Below are positions 61,735-64,000 of a stretch of DNA of 64,000 bases, piece by piece. Within the stretch, counting starts at the first letter, position 1. Each line of letters starts with the position of its first letter. The notes beneath the pieces were generated by a model. It was given only the letters and a program-made list of their open reading frames with translations, was not told where the DNA came from and did not search any database. This stretch comes from Candidatus Latescibacterota bacterium (lineage in GTDB: Bacteria; Latescibacterota; UBA2968; GCA-2709665). The stretch is from NCBI GenBank assembly GCA_965205485.1, contig OZ242180.1, positions 1 to 64,000 of the forward strand, in the 5' to 3' direction. The translations under genes and the position numbers were made by a program.

Positions 61735-62243
61735 GATTCATGATGAATGAGTTCGAAAGAAAAGTGTAAATTTGCGGAGCATATGAGAAATATCAGGATG
61801 CGTTTATGTTTGCGCGGGGAGATTATTTGACATTATAATATTTGCTAATTGAACGGCAGTCATGGATCGTGGATACACGAAAAATGAATAATTGATATTG
61901 GAAGTCAATTATGGATCACCAGGTGTCCTGAAGCAACCGCGCAATTGTCTTCATTTAAAGAAGGGATCGGCCGCGCGGTTCATCAGGATATCACGATATT
62001 TCAGTTCGTGTTGAATTCGATCAATCGAAAAGTGCAAATTCGCGGAACAAATGTCAAATATAAGGATTCGTTTTGATTTGTGTGGGCAGATTATTCGATA
62101 CTATTATGATCATAGTTTGAATCGCAGTCACGAGAAGTGGAGTCTTTACTGGGTTATTTGTTCATATCGGATATCGATTATGGATCGCCAGGTCTCCTGA
62201 GGAATCCGCGCAATCGTCGCTATGACCGGGAGGAATCGCCCTG
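61735..62243. repeat. diverged tandem non-coding duplication, period ~268 bp
   Basis: Shared blocks gaaaagtgYaaattYgcgga, aaatatMaggatKcgttt, agattattYga, gcagtca, attatggatcRccaggtStcctga, ccgcgcaatYgtc. Confidence 0.8.
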
Positions 62244-62269
62244 GAAGTCACGTTTTGATTGCGCCTGAT

Positions 62270-63001
62270 ATGATACGGCACAAGGCCCTCATTCTAGAGG
62301 GAGACCCTGCAGTCAAATCGAGGCTTGAGGAACTCCTGGGTGAAGGTCCGTATGAGATTTTCTTCGCGAAAACTGCTTCCAATGGGCTCAGGAATTCAAA
62401 GTACCGAACCCTTGACATTGCAACTGCCGACGTGCGGCTACAGATCGTGCATGGTAAAACACGACCGGGGACTTCGAGTAAGGAGAGAATCGAGGCCAGG
62501 CTGTTCGTCGTCACTTCAGCGTCGCACCACGATCTGATAGAAGAGCCACTCGAGCTTGATTTTCTGGGAAAGTTGGATATTGCAAGGCAGAAAGAGGAAC
62601 ACCCGGAGACAACAGACGATTCCGTGAACTCACAGAGCTATTGGAAGACGGGGCTGGAGTCGTTTCTGGATGCGAATTACAGCAATCCGGACCTGAGTTT
62701 CGATGACTTCATTAGTGAATTCAGGTTCACTCGGTCATACGGTTGCAGGCTGTTCAAACAGCATCTTGGAAAGCCATTTCGGGAAAAACTGCGAGAGATC
62801 AGGATCGCTCGCGCAGCGCAATTGATCGCCGAAACTTCAATGTATATGAAGGAAGTCGCGGCTGAATGTGGGTTCCATTCATCCAAACGTCTCTGCGAAG
62901 CGTTCGTCCGGATTCATGGCATTTCCCCGGTCAAATTTCGTAACCGATACTTTAGGAAGGACTTGCCGGGAGCGTCTGACACCGGCGACAAAACTCGCTG
63001 A
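62270..63001 (+). CDS. AraC-family regulator with degenerate receiver-like N-terminus
   Basis: NYSNPDLS, RLFKQ..G, RIARAAQLI, VAAECGF, GISPVKFR; start 62222 or 62270. Confidence 0.85.
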   Translation: MIRHKALILEGDPAVKSRLEELLGEGPYEIFFAKTASNGLRNSKYRTLDIATADVRLQIVHGKTRPGTSSKERIEARLFVVTSASHHDLIEEPLELDFLGKLDIARQKEEHPETTDDSVNSQSYWKTGLESFLDANYSNPDLSFDDFISEFRFTRSYGCRLFKQHLGKPFREKLREIRIARAAQLIAETSMYMKEVAAECGFHSSKRLCEAFVRIHGISPVKFRNRYFRKDLPGASDTGDKTR

Positions 63002-63221
63002 CCGTTACATCTGCTTACCTGGCTTCGATGAGGAAACGCAACCGGTCTTACGGACGCCACGTCGCAGATGCTTCCTCGTCATCCGGGGGTGCCTCCAGGT
63101 CCACAGCGTATCCCTTCCAGCACTCCTTTGGTCGCGCGCATCCTCACTTTTTTGACTGCCATTTAGTCTCATTTGAGTGATACAGTTCGTCCATTCGGGA
63201 CGCGGCAGAGGATCAGTTGTA

Positions 63222-64000
63222 ATGAACTCAGGCGAAAGGACTAATCCGTATAAACGTACTCAGGAAGCCGAATCACGCGAAGGTACTGGCGCCCAGGAAG
63301 TACTTTCGACCTCAGGTATCGGTTTTCGGTTCGTACGCTTTTTCCTGCTCGCCATTCTGTGCGTTGTGGGATGCATGATCGGGCTCACCGTTCTGCTGGG
63401 CTGGCATCTGGGAATGGACGTGACGGTCAAGGGGCAGGGTCACGTGCAGCCAACCTCGCGAGAAATCGTCAAGTCTCGACGGCCCGGACTGATCAAGACC
63501 GTTCTTGTGAATCACGGGCAGGACGTCACAGAGGGCGATCTCCTGCTGACCCTGGATGATACGGATCTGCGCAATGAAGTGGAGCAGATCGAAAATGAAC
63601 TTAGACTGAATGAGATTAAACGGCGTGCGGCTTTGCCGGCGGAATGGGAACGCGAGCGTGCGATCATCGAAATGGACATTGCAAGGGCCGAAACCGACCG
63701 GGACACCGAGATACTCCATATGGAGAGGGCACGTGTAGAATATGAATTCAACCATTCTGTCTTACCCTTCCACAAGCATGAAGATTTCGAACATCCGATC
63801 GATAAGCTCATTCCCATGCGAGAACACAAAATTAAACTCCAAAGGGCCAAAGTAGAAATCGAGCATGCAAAACGACGCCTGGCCGCGCTGGATAGTCGCA
63901 GACAGGAATTGAATGAGTTGAAACAGATTTACCGCAAACTTCGGGTTCGGTATCGTCTCCTGAAAACGCACGTGGAACAGATGAATATCCACGCGCCCGT
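63222..64000 (+). CDS. HlyD-family secretion adaptor (truncated by the window edge)
   Basis: Open frame not in the ORF track: TM, VTVKGQGHVQP, HGQDVTEGDLLLTLD, coiled coil, IHAP. Confidence 0.85.
   Translation, partial: MNSGERTNPYKRTQEAESREGTGAQEVLSTSGIGFRFVRFFLLAILCVVGCMIGLTVLLGWHLGMDVTVKGQGHVQPTSREIVKSRRPGLIKTVLVNHGQDVTEGDLLLTLDDTDLRNEVEQIENELRLNEIKRRAALPAEWERERAIIEMDIARAETDRDTEILHMERARVEYEFNHSVLPFHKHEDFEHPIDKLIPMREHKIKLQRAKVEIEHAKRRLAALDSRRQELNELKQIYRKLRVRYRLLKTHVEQMNIHAP

Overview
GC-rich bacterial chromosomal window with about 50 CDS and one tRNA-Lys(UUU). I found no CRISPR array, transposase, integrase or phage genes. The left half is mostly housekeeping (rpsT, ppdK, parAB, ftsY, iscS, mrp, groESL with a CIRCE element, sodN, rnr, purF). 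It also holds a sulfur-assimilation cluster built on a ubiquitin-like sulfur carrier (cysH, CysM-like synthase, JAB/Mec peptidase, ThiS/MoaD carrier, Rrf2 regulator, cysK), with a rhodanese-ThiF activator about 10 kb away. The middle has envelope proteins (TPR lipoprotein, GWxTD protein, a beta-hairpin-repeat/CAP lipoprotein, NnrS-like and RnfD/UnbU-like membrane proteins). The right half is catabolic: two PhyH dioxygenases, a Co-type nitrile hydratase, an amidohydrolase-fold enzyme with a Rieske ferredoxin, aldo-keto reductases, Gfo/Idh/MocA enzymes, a heparinase II/III-like protein, two UxuA-like dehydratases and a frameshifted solA-like oxidase. It ends in an AT-richer segment with a tandem ~268-bp non-coding duplication, an AraC regulator and a truncated HlyD gene. 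At least six families of short non-autonomous repeats fill the intergenic spaces, including one MITE nested in another. The gene content suggests an FCB-group organism such as Latescibacterota/Gemmatimonadota, but this is inference only. All product calls come from motif recognition by eye, not database searches.
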